Positions 1 to 14,164 of a stretch of DNA of 64,000 bases are shown piece by piece. The notes beneath the pieces are model-generated. The model worked only from the letters and a program-made list of their open reading frames with translations, was not told the origin of the DNA and ran no database searches. The translations under genes and the position numbers were made by a program. Where the stretch lies: assembly GCA_050084515.1 (NCBI GenBank), contig CM114271.1, positions 46,562,001 through 46,626,000 on the forward strand, given 5' to 3'. The stretch's first letter is position 1; each line of letters starts with the position of its first letter. Origin of the DNA: Blasia pusilla (Eukaryota).

Positions 1-3000
1 AACATATTTACCTGGGTGAGTAAGATATAAGCGACCAATGGGATGACCAGAACCATTTCTCCTTTGAATTCTACGAATCCATTTTTTTTTGGGTCCAACG
101 ATAATAGGAAGGAAAGTCGATGTATAGATATTTGCGAGCCTCCAAATCTAACTGATTAGTTGCAAACCATTGTGTAAGAGTTGTCTCCCTATTCCTTTGT
201 AGTATCTCCTCAACATTATCGTGATCGTTGAAGAAAACACTTTGTAACTCGGATAGATGAACTCCCAACCTTATAATACTTGGATTTTCCGCATGTAAGC
301 TAAACTTGAACAATCTCCAACATCTTTAAGAGGAAGAAACGTATTTATATATATAAGAGACACAAAAATGATGACAAGAAATTAGTAAAGTGTGATATGT
401 TCTCGAATGTAGACATATTGAAGGAATGAAAAAAGAATTCACAAAAGAGTGATTACCTTGCATCAAGATAATGTGAAGTTTCATCAATTGACTCCCTTGT
501 CGTTTCAGTGCTTGCCTCATTTGAAACCTTAAATGATATCGCATCGGATCCCTTATATACATATTTGTATAAATATTTTACAGCTGAGATGGCATTCGTG
601 ATCTCCAAATTGATATGACAATCAAAGAGAGTACATAACAAAGGATTGTAAGGAAGGACCCAACGTTTGTCCAAACTTTGATTGCGCTTCATTACTTTTA
701 TTCCATTATCCAGCCTGTATCATAAGAATGAAGGAAAACCCTAAACCCTAAACCCTAATATAAATTCACCTGATAAAAAAATTAGAAGTTAGGGAATTTT
801 TGAAAATCCTAAAGATGCAAAGTTAGATTACATACCTTCGATAAATCGGATATCCAACCTTACTCTTCGTAGTTATGCTTGCAAAAGGCTTAGGATAATC
901 TTTGGTATACTTCTTGATTTCCTTATCCATGCATGGAGAATTTGGATTAAGTTGTCCACATGGACCATGAACCATGCAATTTGTTACAGTAGAATGAAGT
1001 GTAGGATGAGTGTTTGGATTGGGAATCTCAGCAGATATTATATCATCATAATCAGATGTTGAGCGTGGCTTATCCTCATGATGAAGAATAATCAAAATAT
1101 GTATATGTGGTAGACCTCTTTTTTGGAATTCAACCACATGAATGCAACCAACAGCCCTTCCCAATATGTGCATCTCGAGAATAAGCCTTAATAACTCCTT
1201 TTTTTTTTTCTCAAAAACTCGCACAATCAAATCTGGTCTATCGGTAGGTTGTTGACAAGGTAATAGTGTTGAAGTGATCTCCACCCATTTAGGATTGCAC
1301 GTCATTGTTAGAAAGTAATCTGGTTTCCCATGGTGCCTCACAATGGCCACTGAATCTTGATAAAGTTGATACATATGGCGCGGGCCTCCACTAAAAGAAG
1401 ATGGCAATACAATACGCCTCCCAAACCTTGCACCATCTCTGTCACTTTGATATAGAATATCCTTTAGACCTTGATATAATTCAGCTCGCAACTTCTTTTG
1501 ATTTAATAGAACTCAAGATAGTCATTGCATCTCTACTATAGCATACAAATCAACCATGTACTCTTGAATAAGATGCCCAAATCAAAGCAAACGATTATCG
1601 TCATCGCACCAATACTTTTTTGAAGTCGAAAAGAGGCAAATTGTAGCGCTGTAATTGTTTTTCTCCTTCCTTCATGAAGAATCTCACCATCAATTCTTTC
1701 TTCCTCAATACAGTCATCAAATCCTTGCATGTCTCCATCCAATGTAGTAGGAATAATGATAGTCATGATTTCCTCAAATCTCCCAAGAGGTATTCCTGGA
1801 TGTCATCCTACTTCACTATAGAGAAATAATAGAACAAAATGTCATAGAACATATGCTTCATTTAGATCTGAAATACGAAGAACTCCTCCACCATGTAATT
1901 GGACAATAATATCATGTGGGTTCACATGTTCACTACCATCACTAGGTAAGATTGCTACAACCTGGATGCAATTGGCAAGCTATAACGTTTGGCCTCGATC
2001 ATGCGTCTTTAGAATGGTACGAAAATTAGATCCACTTGCCTCATTTGCAATGTGTTGAAATATCCTCACATAGGGATTATGTTCATGTAACATATCTTGC
2101 AACCCTCTTAAGATCTCAGGTTGGAGATCATTAGACATAACTCTTCCTCGATTTTCCAATTCATTTTTAGTTGAGCAAATTGGAGATTACTCCCCTCATC
2201 GGGATGCAATGGGCCGATGTTGTGATAAATTCCACCTTGAATACAAAAGTGTCCGGTTCCAGCAACTTGCTCCTTGACTCGAGCTCCATTAGATGCTAAC
2301 TGAAGAGCACAATTATAAGCTCGAGTGTGTCAAAGAAAATGAAAACTTTCAGCTCCAACACCAGAAATCAACGATTTCAAGAATGGAGGACAACACCTTA
2401 AGAAAGGGAGTTGTACTTTTCCATGATTACAACACATTCCAAAACAAGTTTCGATACCTTGTACTCTTTACCTTTTCATACTTCCAATGTAAGGCATAAC
2501 ATGAAGGGCATGTTTTTGTCATAGAACCAATAGTATGACGCCCAGTTACTTTGTTGATACTTGCTCGTAGTCTTAACTTTATTATATCACTCTCTTGGAA
2601 GTTCCGAATTCGTGCAACATTGCGTGACGTGTTAACTCTTGAAACTCGTCCAACATTATGATTTGGTGACTGAGGAGATTTAATCCATGATATACATAAG
2701 ATACTTGCTTGACATCTCTAGGTGTTACATGAGTAGATACCTCAAATGTATTGTGTGTGGAAAAATTGTTGATAACCTCGTCTTCTTGTTGAATAGATAT
2801 ATCCTCCACCATTTTTGTACCATCATTTGTAGATTGACCATCTTTTTGAATGGATATGTCCTCCATAATGGTCGTAGAATTATTCATAGGTTGTCCATCT
2901 TGAGGTACATAGAGATCCTCCATAATAGGATTGTTACATGTTACATTGGGAATGTCCATAATCCCCTCATGAGTCGCGGGCCTACAAAAAAAAAGAGAAT

Positions 3001-3200
3001 ATAATCATCAAAATTTCATTGGATAATTCATCGTATGTGTGATATAGGAAACATGAGAAACTACATACCATGGCTACAACTACCTTACCTAGAAATTATG
3101 TCTTGCATAATAGTTCGATTGTCATAGAGGTTGTGACGGCTTCCTCCTTTTACTTCTCTTCTTCTTTTGTAATCTCTTTGATAGATTGTAATTTTTTTTT
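1..3200 (-). mobile_element. Degenerate Helitron RepHel (Rep domain and upstream region; continues off the left edge)
   Basis: Minus-strand fragments carry Rep motifs GKPDYFLTMTCNPKW, VVEFQKRGLPHIHIL (HUH) and KYLYKYVYKG, plus RIVLPSSFSGGPRHMYQLYQD, WVLPYNPLL and TTLTQWF. A Cys-rich CPSC motif lies near 2500. Frameshifts, stops and two probable GT-AG introns (~717-834, ~326-457). The right boundary is approximate. Confidence 0.93.
2780..2960 (-). repeat. ~60-bp (20-aa) coding tandem repeat upstream of the Helitron Rep
   Basis: ORF 2582-2959 repeats MEDLYVPQDGQ / MEDISIQKDGQ / VEDISIQQED at 20-aa spacing. Confidence 0.7.
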
Positions 3201-3829
3201 TTTTCATGACTAAACTCTCGGCACGAAGAAGTCATTTTCATTTCTGGGCCTCCCCACGTAATACCTTTTGGAAGTCACGAAAAGAAGTTGGATTTGATGG
3301 AATAATAAGTGGGTGCAACCAGATTGCATGCAAAAATGTGAGAAACAAACACCAAGAATTTGGGTGAGTAGGCTAAAACAGGCTCAAAAGGATTAGAATC
3401 GAAATTGCAAATTATGGGCCATAGGAAAAACTCACGTGGGAGATGATTCAATGAGGAGAGGGGGTGGTTGTCGTTTTCTTTGATTTCCTAACTTTTGAGC
3501 ATAAATTGCTCGATTTCTTTTTTGGGCCTCGGCGCGAAGTACCTTTCGATAATCGCATAAATCTACAGGATTTTATGGGAGAGGAAGTTTATACACACAA
3601 TAAGGCCAACATATTGTTAGATTATATGGAAAAAAATGCATTTCAACACCCTCACAAAAGCACAACAATTGAAAGAGATTGGAGGAACTTGGGCACCGTA
3701 CGTTGGGGACATTAGACTAAGTGGAGCATGAGGTACTTGTCCATGTTGCAGTCTTTGAGGTAAATTTGTAATATCACGAAGTCCATGATGCTCCATCCCA
3801 ACATCCACAAATATCTGCTAGACAGACGA

Positions 3830-4455
3830 AGAGAAAAATGGTAAGAAAGTGGAAAAATAGATTAAGATGAAAAAAAACATAGAGTGAAAGAATTATTAAC
3901 AAACTTCAAAATTCCCCTCAAAAAAAAGGAAAAAGTAAGACAAAGGAAAAGAGTGGAGAAAATTATTTTGAACCGAGAAAAAAAAACGGGGAATTGAGAA
4001 GATAATATTGAAGAGAAATAAGATAGAAGGTGTGATGTAGTAGATGAAAATTTGGCACTAAAATGGAAAGGAAGGGAGAAAGTGGAGAAGAATAAAAAGT
4101 AGAGTGAAAGAAGGGAAAAGAAAGGAAAAAAGTGGATCAAAATCTTTGGAACCTAAAAAAAAGACGGGGGATTGAGAAGAAAAAATTGAAGAGAAATACG
4201 ATAGAACTTCTTATGTAGTAGAGTAAAACTAAAATGGGAAGGGAGGGAAAAAGTGGAGAAAAGATTAAAAAAAGTGGAGAAAAAAATAGGAAGGGAAGGG
4301 GAAAAAATTGAGAAAAAAGTTGAATTTTTTTTTAAGAGGGGAGAATAGAAGGGACAAAATGGTTTTATTGGAATTAAAAAAATTATTGAGGGTAAGAAAA
4401 CAAAAATTAGAAAAGGAAAAATGAAAATAGGAAAATAAAAAATAAAGAAAAAGAA
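3830..4455. repeat. Purine-rich low-complexity tract with internal direct duplication
   Basis: A/G-rich tract; 3975-4140 and 4155-4280 share aaaaaacgggg(a)attgagaaga...attgaagagaaata...gatagaa...aaaatgg.aagg.aggga.aagtggagaa. Confidence 0.7.
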
Positions 4456-6377
4456 ATTTGGCCTGCCGATTTTCCACCGTCCGATTGTTTCGATCCGGAG
4501 CGTCAGATCTATGTGAGGAGAATCTGACCATGTAGGATCATAGGTGCATCAGTACCGTCGGATTTAGGGCTCTAAGATCGGACAGTCTGATCTCAGAGTT
4601 GTGTCACAGCCGTTGGATCAAGGGGCGGAGATTGGACGGTCTGATCTCCGCCCAAGTTCAACGGCCTCCTCACTCGCCGCTCTAAGCGGTGAGTGAGGAG
4701 CAACGGCTTCCCCTCCTCCTCACTCATTTTGCACAGGCGGCTCGGGCCTGTGCGTTCCCTCTCGGCGCCTTGCCCTCGCGCGCTGAATTTGCAGAGGACG
4801 CTCAGGCCCATGCGCTCCCCCCCCTACGACCTTCCTTTTCGTCACTCAGCACAGGCCGCTCAGGCATGTTTGCCCCGCCCTCGTTCACTCTGCGGAGGCC
4901 ACTCGGGCCTATCTGCTCCGCTCGCCCTGTCTCTTCCTGTTTCTCAATCTGGCTCAGGGACTCTTTGCTCACGGGTCATTTTTTACGGCTCGGGGCTCTA
5001 CTGATTTTGCTTGGGGCTCTGGTGTTTTAGCTCGAGGTTGCGCTCGTGAGCGCAAGCGCAGGTCGTGTTTCCCCCTTGCGCTTCTTTGCTGTTTGCCTAC
5101 AACATCCCCTCTCGTTGACTGATGTGTCACCTACAGAGAAACTTGCTCCCTTCCATCGCCGTCACCTTCATGCAAGCCTGAGCCTTATGCTCTATTTTCC
5201 GCCTCCCCTTACGTCTGCCATCCATGGCTCTCCCCGTGTTCGGCCCAACACTTTGACGTTCACAGACACCTTACTGCGACTGTCACCCGGTGCCTGCCCT
5301 TGTGTGCTTTCGCAGCAAAGTGTGTGGGTTTATTCTTGTTGGGGAGGTTGGCTTTGCAGGTTTGGTAGACGCCAAGTAGGTTTCGGGTTAGGGGCGGGAG
5401 TGCTCACGACGCTAGTCATAATGGGTACAGGGTGACCAAATGCACACATTTGCAAAATTTGCTTTACAAGATAAATTTGAGAGCTTTACAAGATAAATTT
5501 GAAGGCAACGCTCACTTGCATTGATCTCCTTTGTCTTCCAGCTAGCCCCGACGTCTTTTGTGTGCTCCTACTCGAACTTCCAGTAGAGTCTGATTTAGTT
5601 GGTTCATGGCCTTGAACTTTCTTTTCAACTCGGATATCCTTAACTGGCTTTGGAATGTACTCTTTTGAAGAGTGCACGTCATTTCGTCCTTTGCTTGGTT
5701 TCAGATCGTCACTTAAAGGCCGCTTTGATGTAGGCCGCACATGATACTCGACTGACTATACACGAAATTTCAAGCTGCTATCTGGCTCGATGAAGGGTTC
5801 CTCTATAGGTTCTGAGGAGGGTGGTGAATCCCTTTTGGCATCACCAAACCCTAGCTCGCTGTCATAAACTAACCGTGTCCCCCATTCTGCGATGACTTTG
5901 CCTGAATCTTTCGGACTCGACTCCAACCTGATTGAGTCATTTTCAGAAATTAGATGTTCATGCAGTAGTAGGCAAGAATAGAAAGTAGAACTGAGAATAA
6001 AATGTTGTATGAAGCGTGAAGCAAATGCATGTACGCTTAGCTTTTTACTCTTATAAAAAAACGGAAATCCAAGCCTCACCTCCCCGTGTGTAAAAACTGT
6101 GAATGTGAGACTTGGCTTAGTGGTTAAATACTTGTTTCTCAGACCCCTGAAGTGTCCAAACCGCCTCCTTTCCAATCTGATTAGGTTTCAAATTAGATTT
6201 CGTGGAATGAAATCGCAATTGTCGTTCACTAACTCCACTACTTTCCTTAATGGTATAAAAACCGCTACCGGCTACCGACTACTGAATTTTAATACAACGT
6301 ATGGTTGGTTCTCGTACAAACAAATATACGTTATAATCATACCAAACACGCCGCCACGAAATGCCTAATAAAAAATC

Positions 6378-6420
6378 CACACGTGGCAGCCTGGGAGGGG
6401 AGTATGGAAGGACACGTGGC
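6378..6420. promoter_or_regulatory. Pair of ABRE/G-box motifs (ACACGTGGC x2)
   Basis: cacacgtggc at 6378-6387 and gacacgtggc at 6411-6420, 33 bp apart. Target gene not identified. Confidence 0.45.
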
Positions 6421-6769
6421 AAGTCGGTAGGCCTTCATAACGGACACATGTCATGCGGAGGAAGTTCTTGCCTGGAACCCCAGACTCTTTTAATAGTATA
6501 GATAATTTCATTCTTCTATAAAAGTTTAAATCTATATTATTAGGGGAGAATGCCTTCTTATTTGCAAATTGCAAACATTTCTATGTTCAACACGTTGCAA
6601 TTGAACAACAAGAAAATATGAAATGTTTGGAACCCTTATTCCCGTCCCTTCATGGACTATACACTGATAAAAACTCTTCAAACACTTTTTGATGTCTTGC
6701 GCATAGCACTAGCACCTTAGTAGTAAGCATCTCTCACAAAATTGGTTTTTTTAATAATTTGGAAAGAAT

Positions 6770-7560
6770 TTTCATTTCAAAATTCAAGTATAATTTCCAC
6801 TTTCTCAAATCTAATAAAATTTCAGTTTTAAAATAATACTACTCTTCAATTAAAATTAAAATAATAACCAACTCCCTTAAATAATTTCACTCCTCCATAA
6901 AAGTTTAAACAATATCTACTCTTCCCCCTCCACTCATCCCACCAAAATAACACCCACTAACTAAATTATTAATTAATTTTACTTAATGAAATAGTTTCCA
7001 TTTTCTATTCAAATTCATTTTCCTGTTCCCAAATATCATAAATGAATTAGCATGATTATTTTAAAAAATATTCATATTTATGATTCCAAAAATCATACCT
7101 AATTTATTTTTTCTTAAATCTTAGAATAGTAATAACATTCCACTCTTCTAAATAATTCCACTCCTCAATTAAAATTTGAATGATACCCCACTACTCTAGT
7201 AATTCCACAATTCCATAAAATTTTGAACAACATATACTCCTTCTCTATTAATATTCATTTTCTCTTCCCATCAAATATGAATTAAGGGGAAATTTTTTTA
7301 ATTTTTTTTTCTAATTATTCCATTTTTTATTGTACATCTAGGGTCACATATTATAATATCAATAAATTAAATTAATCATCTTAATTAAATAATAAACCTA
7401 AATTTCTCTTCTACTCAAATTTATTTTCTCTACACATCTAATGTGAATCAAGGGAAAAAATTCAAACATGATATAATTTTGTCCTATTGTACATAACGGG
7501 TTGCCCATTATAATATAGGCAAGATCGCTAATAATAATCTAGATTTTAATCCCTAAATAT
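6770..7560 (+). repeat. AT-rich repeat, diverged inverted copy of 19910-20550
   Basis: 7113-7157 reverse-complements to aattatttagaagagtggaatgttattactattctaagatt, matching 20164-20205. Both ends of the block also align. Confidence 0.75.
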
Positions 7561-7589
7561 TTCTCATGTTGTTATGTGAGAATATTTAT

Positions 7590-9099
7590 CTTAGGTGTTG
7601 AACTTGATGACCTTGATGTATGGATGCGAACATGTTCTCAGAGGGCTGAGTTGTTTCGGAGAATGATGCCCATGGTGTTTGAGAACTCGGCGATTGCGCA
7701 ACATCGGGATATGTTGAGGTATGCGACTATCCGGGGAGGTGGTTATCGACCTACTATCTGGAGGTTTCATCAGGGAGACTATGTCTACTTGTAGCAGACG
7801 GCACCCATGACGTTGCATGTGACTGCTAGGCGTACTATCTTGAGAATGCGTGAGGTTTTGTCATCCGGTGTTCTCTTATTGGAGGGATGCAATGGTATGG
7901 TTTGGAAGGACCATGTGCGTAACTATGCGCCATGTTATCTTCCGAACATTGACGGTACAGTTGATCCGAGCTTAGCAATAGTTCCTGCAGGCTTGCGGTG
8001 TATGTTGTGTGGTTCCGCCCGTGATGCAGCCACTATGGTGGTCTGTGATGGGTGTTCGAGAGGATGGCATATGGCATGTTTGACACCACCTCTCACTAGG
8101 GTTCCTCAGGGACGATAGATGTATCCTAGATGTACATAGAGTAGGTAGTTCTATATTCTGACTTGTGTCTGCCACATGGATGACAAGAAGGCCACTAACA
8201 ATGGGGCCACATGAGCACCCGACCTTCTTGCTCTTAGCGTCCGAGAGATGTATGTCATGGTAGGTAGGGATAGATGGCTATCTGGAGTTAGAGGGACCTA
8301 ACCACCAGCTAGGGGGGGCGATTGGAGATATTTTGGTACTTCTTGTCTCGTTGTTTGGATTCCATGAGTTAGCATTAGACCGTGCGTGTTTGTATGTATG
8401 CGTGTTCGATGACAACGATGTATATTGTGTAGCGATGTATATGCGCACGACATCTGTCACGTATTTTAGGATAGAATGGTGAGATCTAGTAGAGCGCCTT
8501 TGCAAGTAGTGGAGGATAGACTCAGGAGGTGGAGGATGACTTGCTGAGGCTCCGGGAAACCTGAGAGAGCAGGTTTTCCCTTCGTTTCGGCTCATTTGGA
8601 GCCTTGTTGAGAACTTACTATTTTAGGTAAGTACCATTTTGAGTATATGATCAACTTTATATTTTTGGTAAGTATCCCTTGACCTCCTACATTAGGTCAA
8701 GAGCCAAGGAGGTGACTTGGGAGCATAGGTTACCATGGAAAGAGTTTGGGAGAGGGAAGGGGTATACCTCAAGGAGAGAGAGCTTGAGAGCTCATTCTCT
8801 CTTTGTTGAACCTCTTGGCATGAGGTGGCGGAGCTATGGTCTTGCTTGCCTTGTGTGTGTAACCCGAGCCTCTCATTAGGAGAGTGGGTTTGGTTTGATA
8901 TTGAGAGAGACATGTGAGAGTGCACACATATGAGAACTATGGTGTTGTGAGAGAGATTGGATCTTATTTTAATTGGAGATATTTTGGTACTTCCAATCTC
9001 GTTGTTTGGATGCCATGAGTTAGCATGGGATCGTGCGTGTTTGTGTGTGTGTTTAGTAACAACGATGTATATTGTGTAGCGATGTGTATGCGCACGACA
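7590..9099 (+). mobile_element. 3' portion of PHD-integrase Ty3/gypsy element (subfamily 2) with PPT-B1-A2-B2 terminal repeats
   Basis: Integrase C-terminus (MWMRTCSQRAELFRR...WKDHVRNYAPC) and PHD (CMLC...VCDGCSRGWHMACL). PPT agggggggcg at 8311-8320, B1 8321-8452, TC spacer, A 8455-8971, B2 8972-9099 ending GCACGACA. Confidence 0.9.
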
Positions 9100-11099
9100 T
9101 GTATCGTGTCGATCTCCACCTTCTCACTCCTCTACACATCACCATATGTAGACCCAATCGCGACTCTCCCTTATTGTAGCTTGTCCCTTTCACTTGATGG
9201 CCCTGACTAGCCACTTGGTTATGTGCCTTTAACGTTGTCCTCGTTATTGCATAATCCTCACCTTGGGCTCCTACTTACGACCCCCGACTTCTATCACATC
9301 AACTTGATACAAATATGGCCCCATCACCTTCTTTCTCCCTAACTCCTCATTAATGTAGCCAAGCCTTGATGTGTATCTCTATGGATATCGAACTAACCTT
9401 GCTCTTTGGACTCCAAAGATCCCGCGTCCCTGGTCGACCTTTACTCTTATCACTTGCATGGATCGTCTAAGCTCTGTTCTACCTCGATAACTAGCTTTCT
9501 TATTTTCTTTACTCTATTTGGGCTCCGTACTATATCTCCTCTTAGTTGTGCACTTCATATGCACTCCTCGACACAACTCCCTATGCAAGCCTTACCTAGC
9601 GTCGCCTTTGGATCCCACTAAATCCACATTCCTATGCCAAATTCATGAACTCGTCTTGTCACAACTTATCCAACTATCAGCCCACCATATGCATTCAAGC
9701 CCAACGGAGCTTCACTTTGTTACTCTTCGTGACCTAATCCATGGCCCCAACCTCACATATGACCTTAATTCAATGTAATCGGATTCAAGGTATTTGTGTG
9801 TGACATAACCCTAGTCTTGTCTGGTCATATACACACAAAAAATTTCCCCCTACCTCCTCGCATCTTTCTCATATAAAATCAAAGTAAGAACAAATCACAC
9901 GGCCAACTCGACTCTCAAATCTACATTGTAATATCAAACCACATTCATCCTTTGCCATGATGAAATTCGGCATCTAACACCCTAGTTCCTACCAAACACT
10001 AAGCAAGAAAGGTGCTCCCAAGGCTCAACATGAGAAAGATGGCTTGTGAAAGCCTTATGTCCCTCTCTTATATCCTTGGGAAAAGGAAAAAGGTCTTCCC
10101 TAAAAATAACCCTCCAAACAATAATCTATGTGTGTTGGTTATTGGATGATAGTGAACTTGGTCAACCAATATTTTGGCCGAGAATAACAAGACAGGGAAA
10201 TCTCTAGAAATGATGATCTTGACGTAACAAACTTATCGCCAAATTTATTTGACACCTATGGATAAACCCATTGATCCTCTATGTCGTCGACATGGTAGAG
10301 CTATATCCGTTAACTAACTAAGATGTTACACATATTTTGTAAGAGGTCTGATACCGTAAAGTGCTCTAGGTACTTATAGGATTCTCCATGAAAACCCCAC
10401 CTTTCCCATCATCTATCATAGGCCTTTGATATTGCCCACAATCCAAACGTGGTTTGCGACCCGCACACCTATTTTTAGCTAGTTATATATCCCCCAAGAT
10501 GGATGGGCATAGTTTTCCTCCAATTTTGGAAATCCTAACTCCCCAAATGTATCTCAAAGCTTGGACCTGCAATTTTTTATATCTCATGGGTAGCACATAT
10601 CTTTACTCTTGCCGTTTGGTGTCTCATGGTTGTCTTGCAACTGTTCACATTTTGTGACTAGCCTTATGGCGTTTTAGGTGCCCTTCTTGACTACTCTTGT
10701 GTTTAGTGCTTCTTATTCTTGACTCAAATCTTGGCTCAAAGTTCTCACACCTTGCTTGCTTTGCCCTTATCACTGAATGTAGCTTTGACCTTTCTCTCCT
10801 AAGCTAGTCTCAAGGCGCATGCCCGTCTCAACTAGCATTATATTAGTTGTGTGGTTGATTCCACCGTCGGTCCTAGTCTCGCGACTACCTAGTCTAGGTT
10901 TTGAATTTATTGGATCACACAAAGGTCTCTCCTCCTTAGACTTGTAATTATGACTCACTTCTTGGATCCCTATATGGGCAATATAGACTTAGTTGTATGC
11001 AACATTGTACCACATATCAAAATTTGTAACTTATTGGCTAGTTTGACCGTATATTATTGTTCTAATTTTTGACACATAAAAAGTGTACTTTGAATATTA

Positions 11100-12420
11100 T
11101 CCAGATAGAATTTCTTTGATTATCATAGTCTAGGCTATTGTTTCAATGAAACAATCATTTATTTTAAACTCCACTTGATAAACTTATTCTATTTTCTCTC
11201 ATGAAAAAAATAATTCTTTTGCAATGGTATAAATGCAGATAATATATGGAAGAGCATTAATATTGTATGAGGTTGGAATATGTGGATATGTATGATATGA
11301 TATTTTGTATCATCTTCTGTGAGCTCTATTATAGGGTCTTTCACATTCTCCATATTGTTGAATATGTGGATATGAGTTTGTGAAGTCGTATGATTTGACA
11401 CATCAAAGTTGATCTATCGATTTCTAAAGTTTGTTTTTCTACCATTGCTTCCAAATAATGAGTGGAAGTCAAGAGGTAATCAATTTGGGAGTGTTTTTGT
11501 GCTTGAAATTGCACTTGATATTCTTGCTCCACACAGATATTTTTTATTGTAAGGCTCCAATTCTTTATCTAGCTTCTTCTTGAGGCAAACTTTGTATAGT
11601 GATCCTTCATTCCAAACAACAATTACAAGATCTAAAGATCCTCTATTTTCAACCTCCATCCCAACGATTTCCATCGTCATCATCTTGTGATTGAGCTTGA
11701 TACTGGTTCAGTGCAAGCATGAAGATATGTTGATTGCCTCTTCCTCCATATCCTTGGTATCCATAACAACCACGAAAAACCACTACCATAAAACTCTACC
11801 TTTATTTGATCTAATGTATGAAAATAAAGCATTCTCTTCCATACTACGAGTTACCACTCTAAACTAAATACTTCTACTCAATCATTAAAAATTGGACTAA
11901 CTCTTGATATATATGATATTTCTCTCTTATAAAGATGAAGTTCAAGGGCTCGTAACCCTTTGAAAGACCTTGAAGAGTGAAAAAAATCAAATCATCATCT
12001 TTTATAATCACTACAATATTATTTGATTGTTCATTAATATGCTTGATACTCAAAATATAATTATTAATGCTTTATTATCCTTTCCTCACTTCATTCAACT
12101 CTTATTTCAATTGAAAGTTTTTGGCCATTTCAAATAACTATTATAACTTCTCCAAAGCATACCAAACCTTCTTCAAGATATCAACATCTTGATAACAATC
12201 CATCATCACATAATTGATTGATATTTATTTAATGCGTGAAAATTCAAGTTTATTAAACCAATTTTCAATTTGGCCTTAATCACTTGTAACAAGCTCCTAT
12301 TGTTCTTGCTCCATGAGAGATTATTTCATCTGAAACTTTAAGACATTATTGTTCTATTTCAAGGCATTCAACTTCTTGTACGTAACTTTTGTTGATAAGT
12401 ACTCCGTTAAGGGCGATTTA
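11100..12420 (-). pseudogene. Highly decayed Ty1/copia gag-protease remnant
   Basis: Broken minus-strand frames read LKFQMK.SLMEQ, YQDVDILKKVWYALEKL, GLSKGYEPL and a degenerate protease-like SNHTTS. Order and look resemble copia gag-PR; recognised by eye only. Confidence 0.45.
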
Positions 12421-14164
12421 ACTCACAGATCATCAATTTAGCTCCACTATAGTTTGATTGAAGCATAGACCACTCATGTAAAGAAACTGACCTTTAAGGA
12501 ATAAATTGGCCTATAGGGAGTAAATAACACAACTTTTCTTCGTTAATTGCACTTTCTTACATTGGAATTGCAACTATGGGAGATCACAATGTAAAAATTA
12601 TGTGATTTTGGATGCATTAAAAAGATCTTAATGATTTCTACAAGACATGAGGATTTTCTGCAGATTTTTTTTAGTGTTAGTCATCCAGATTGCCCTAAAA
12701 AATTGCCTCAAAAGTTTCTTCATCTTCAAGACTCAACATGAGATCTTCCACCTATTGAACTCCAACTCAAATTTCCTTTCCCAAAACTGAAATGAACTTT
12801 TCTCCTCTTACGTCAAGGATTTTAATGGGTGCTCTCCTCTTGCTTTGATACTACGTAGGAAAGTACTAAATAAGCATAATTGATGGAATATGGCTCTCAC
12901 ACACACATAACATTATGGAGAATGAAATTTTGAAAAGAGAGAGTGATTGGGATATGATCATCTTCTCAATTATATAGGATATGTTCAAACAATTCCACCC
13001 ATAGTCTCTAGTTCCATTAATTCTGGTTAACCAACCCTAGTTAGAAAATCTTGCTTAATAGACGGAAAAAAATCAAACCTTTCCTACTTCATTTGAATAC
13101 CATATAGAATTTTGAGTATCCAATAAGTTATGAGACTACATGTTGAACCCTAATGCTTTGGTCTATAATTCGAGTATTTAATTTTTAAATAATTGAAGAT
13201 ACTACTTCAAGATAGAAAACATATAACAACTTACCTAGATTAGAATGAAGTTATTATTTTTTACTTACGGTTGGGATTGTTCAATAGATTTTTTTTCTCA
13301 AGTATTTGAAAAAGTTAATCTTCATTTTGAAGGTATTGCAATCTATATTATTGTAGGAGAGTGCCTTTTCATTTTGTAAATTCCTCTCCTCTTGACACTT
13401 GGCATTTTTCCATTTTCAGCCTCTTTTTTTTTGGAACTTTTAGGATCACTTGAAATTTATTTTAAATGACACTTAAGAATTGTGAGAATTAATTACAGAA
13501 GGGAATTTAAACCTGCACATCAAACGGGCTTACACTAGTTAATACTAAAAAAATGTATATAGACAACAAGGTCCTTTGAGAAATATGATGGTAGAGTTCA
13601 TGTTTTTATCAACGAGCGAGTCAATCGGCTTTTGGAAGCCTATTTGGGTCACACATGATCACTTTTTTGAGATTGTCTTTGTGGACAATATCAAGAGGCT
13701 TGTTGAGGTCAAAGGGATGATATCTATAGCGATCTTCTTTAAGAGAATTGTTAGATTGTTCTATGCTTTCATCTTGAATTATTTTGTAGATTGTGAGGTT
13801 TGTTCCAAATGGGTATGTTGTGGCCCTAGAATTGGTAATTTTGTTAGAGTCTTAATTTTTGGAAGATTTTAAATTAAGACTCATTCTTAATTTAAATTTC
13901 ATTCATCTATTTTGTCTTAGTCTATTAAGTTGGAAGGGAAATATCTTTTATAGATTTTTTATGATATGCAGTGATTTTTTTCTTGATGGTAATTATATAT
14001 TTATTATTATATGATATAATATTTTATTGAAGTGATATCATATCATATCCCTCAATAGAAATACTAAATTACTACCAAAATAATATTCTTCCCTTCAAAT
14101 ATTTACTTAAATTCATTTACATACGCATTTATAAGGCGACGACAAGGTTCAAAGTACTAGAAAC

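Noticed and set aside
735-758. (CCCTAAA)x3 plant telomere-type repeat
   Set aside because: Only three units, inside a probable Helitron intron. A telo-box-like motif, not a telomere or array.
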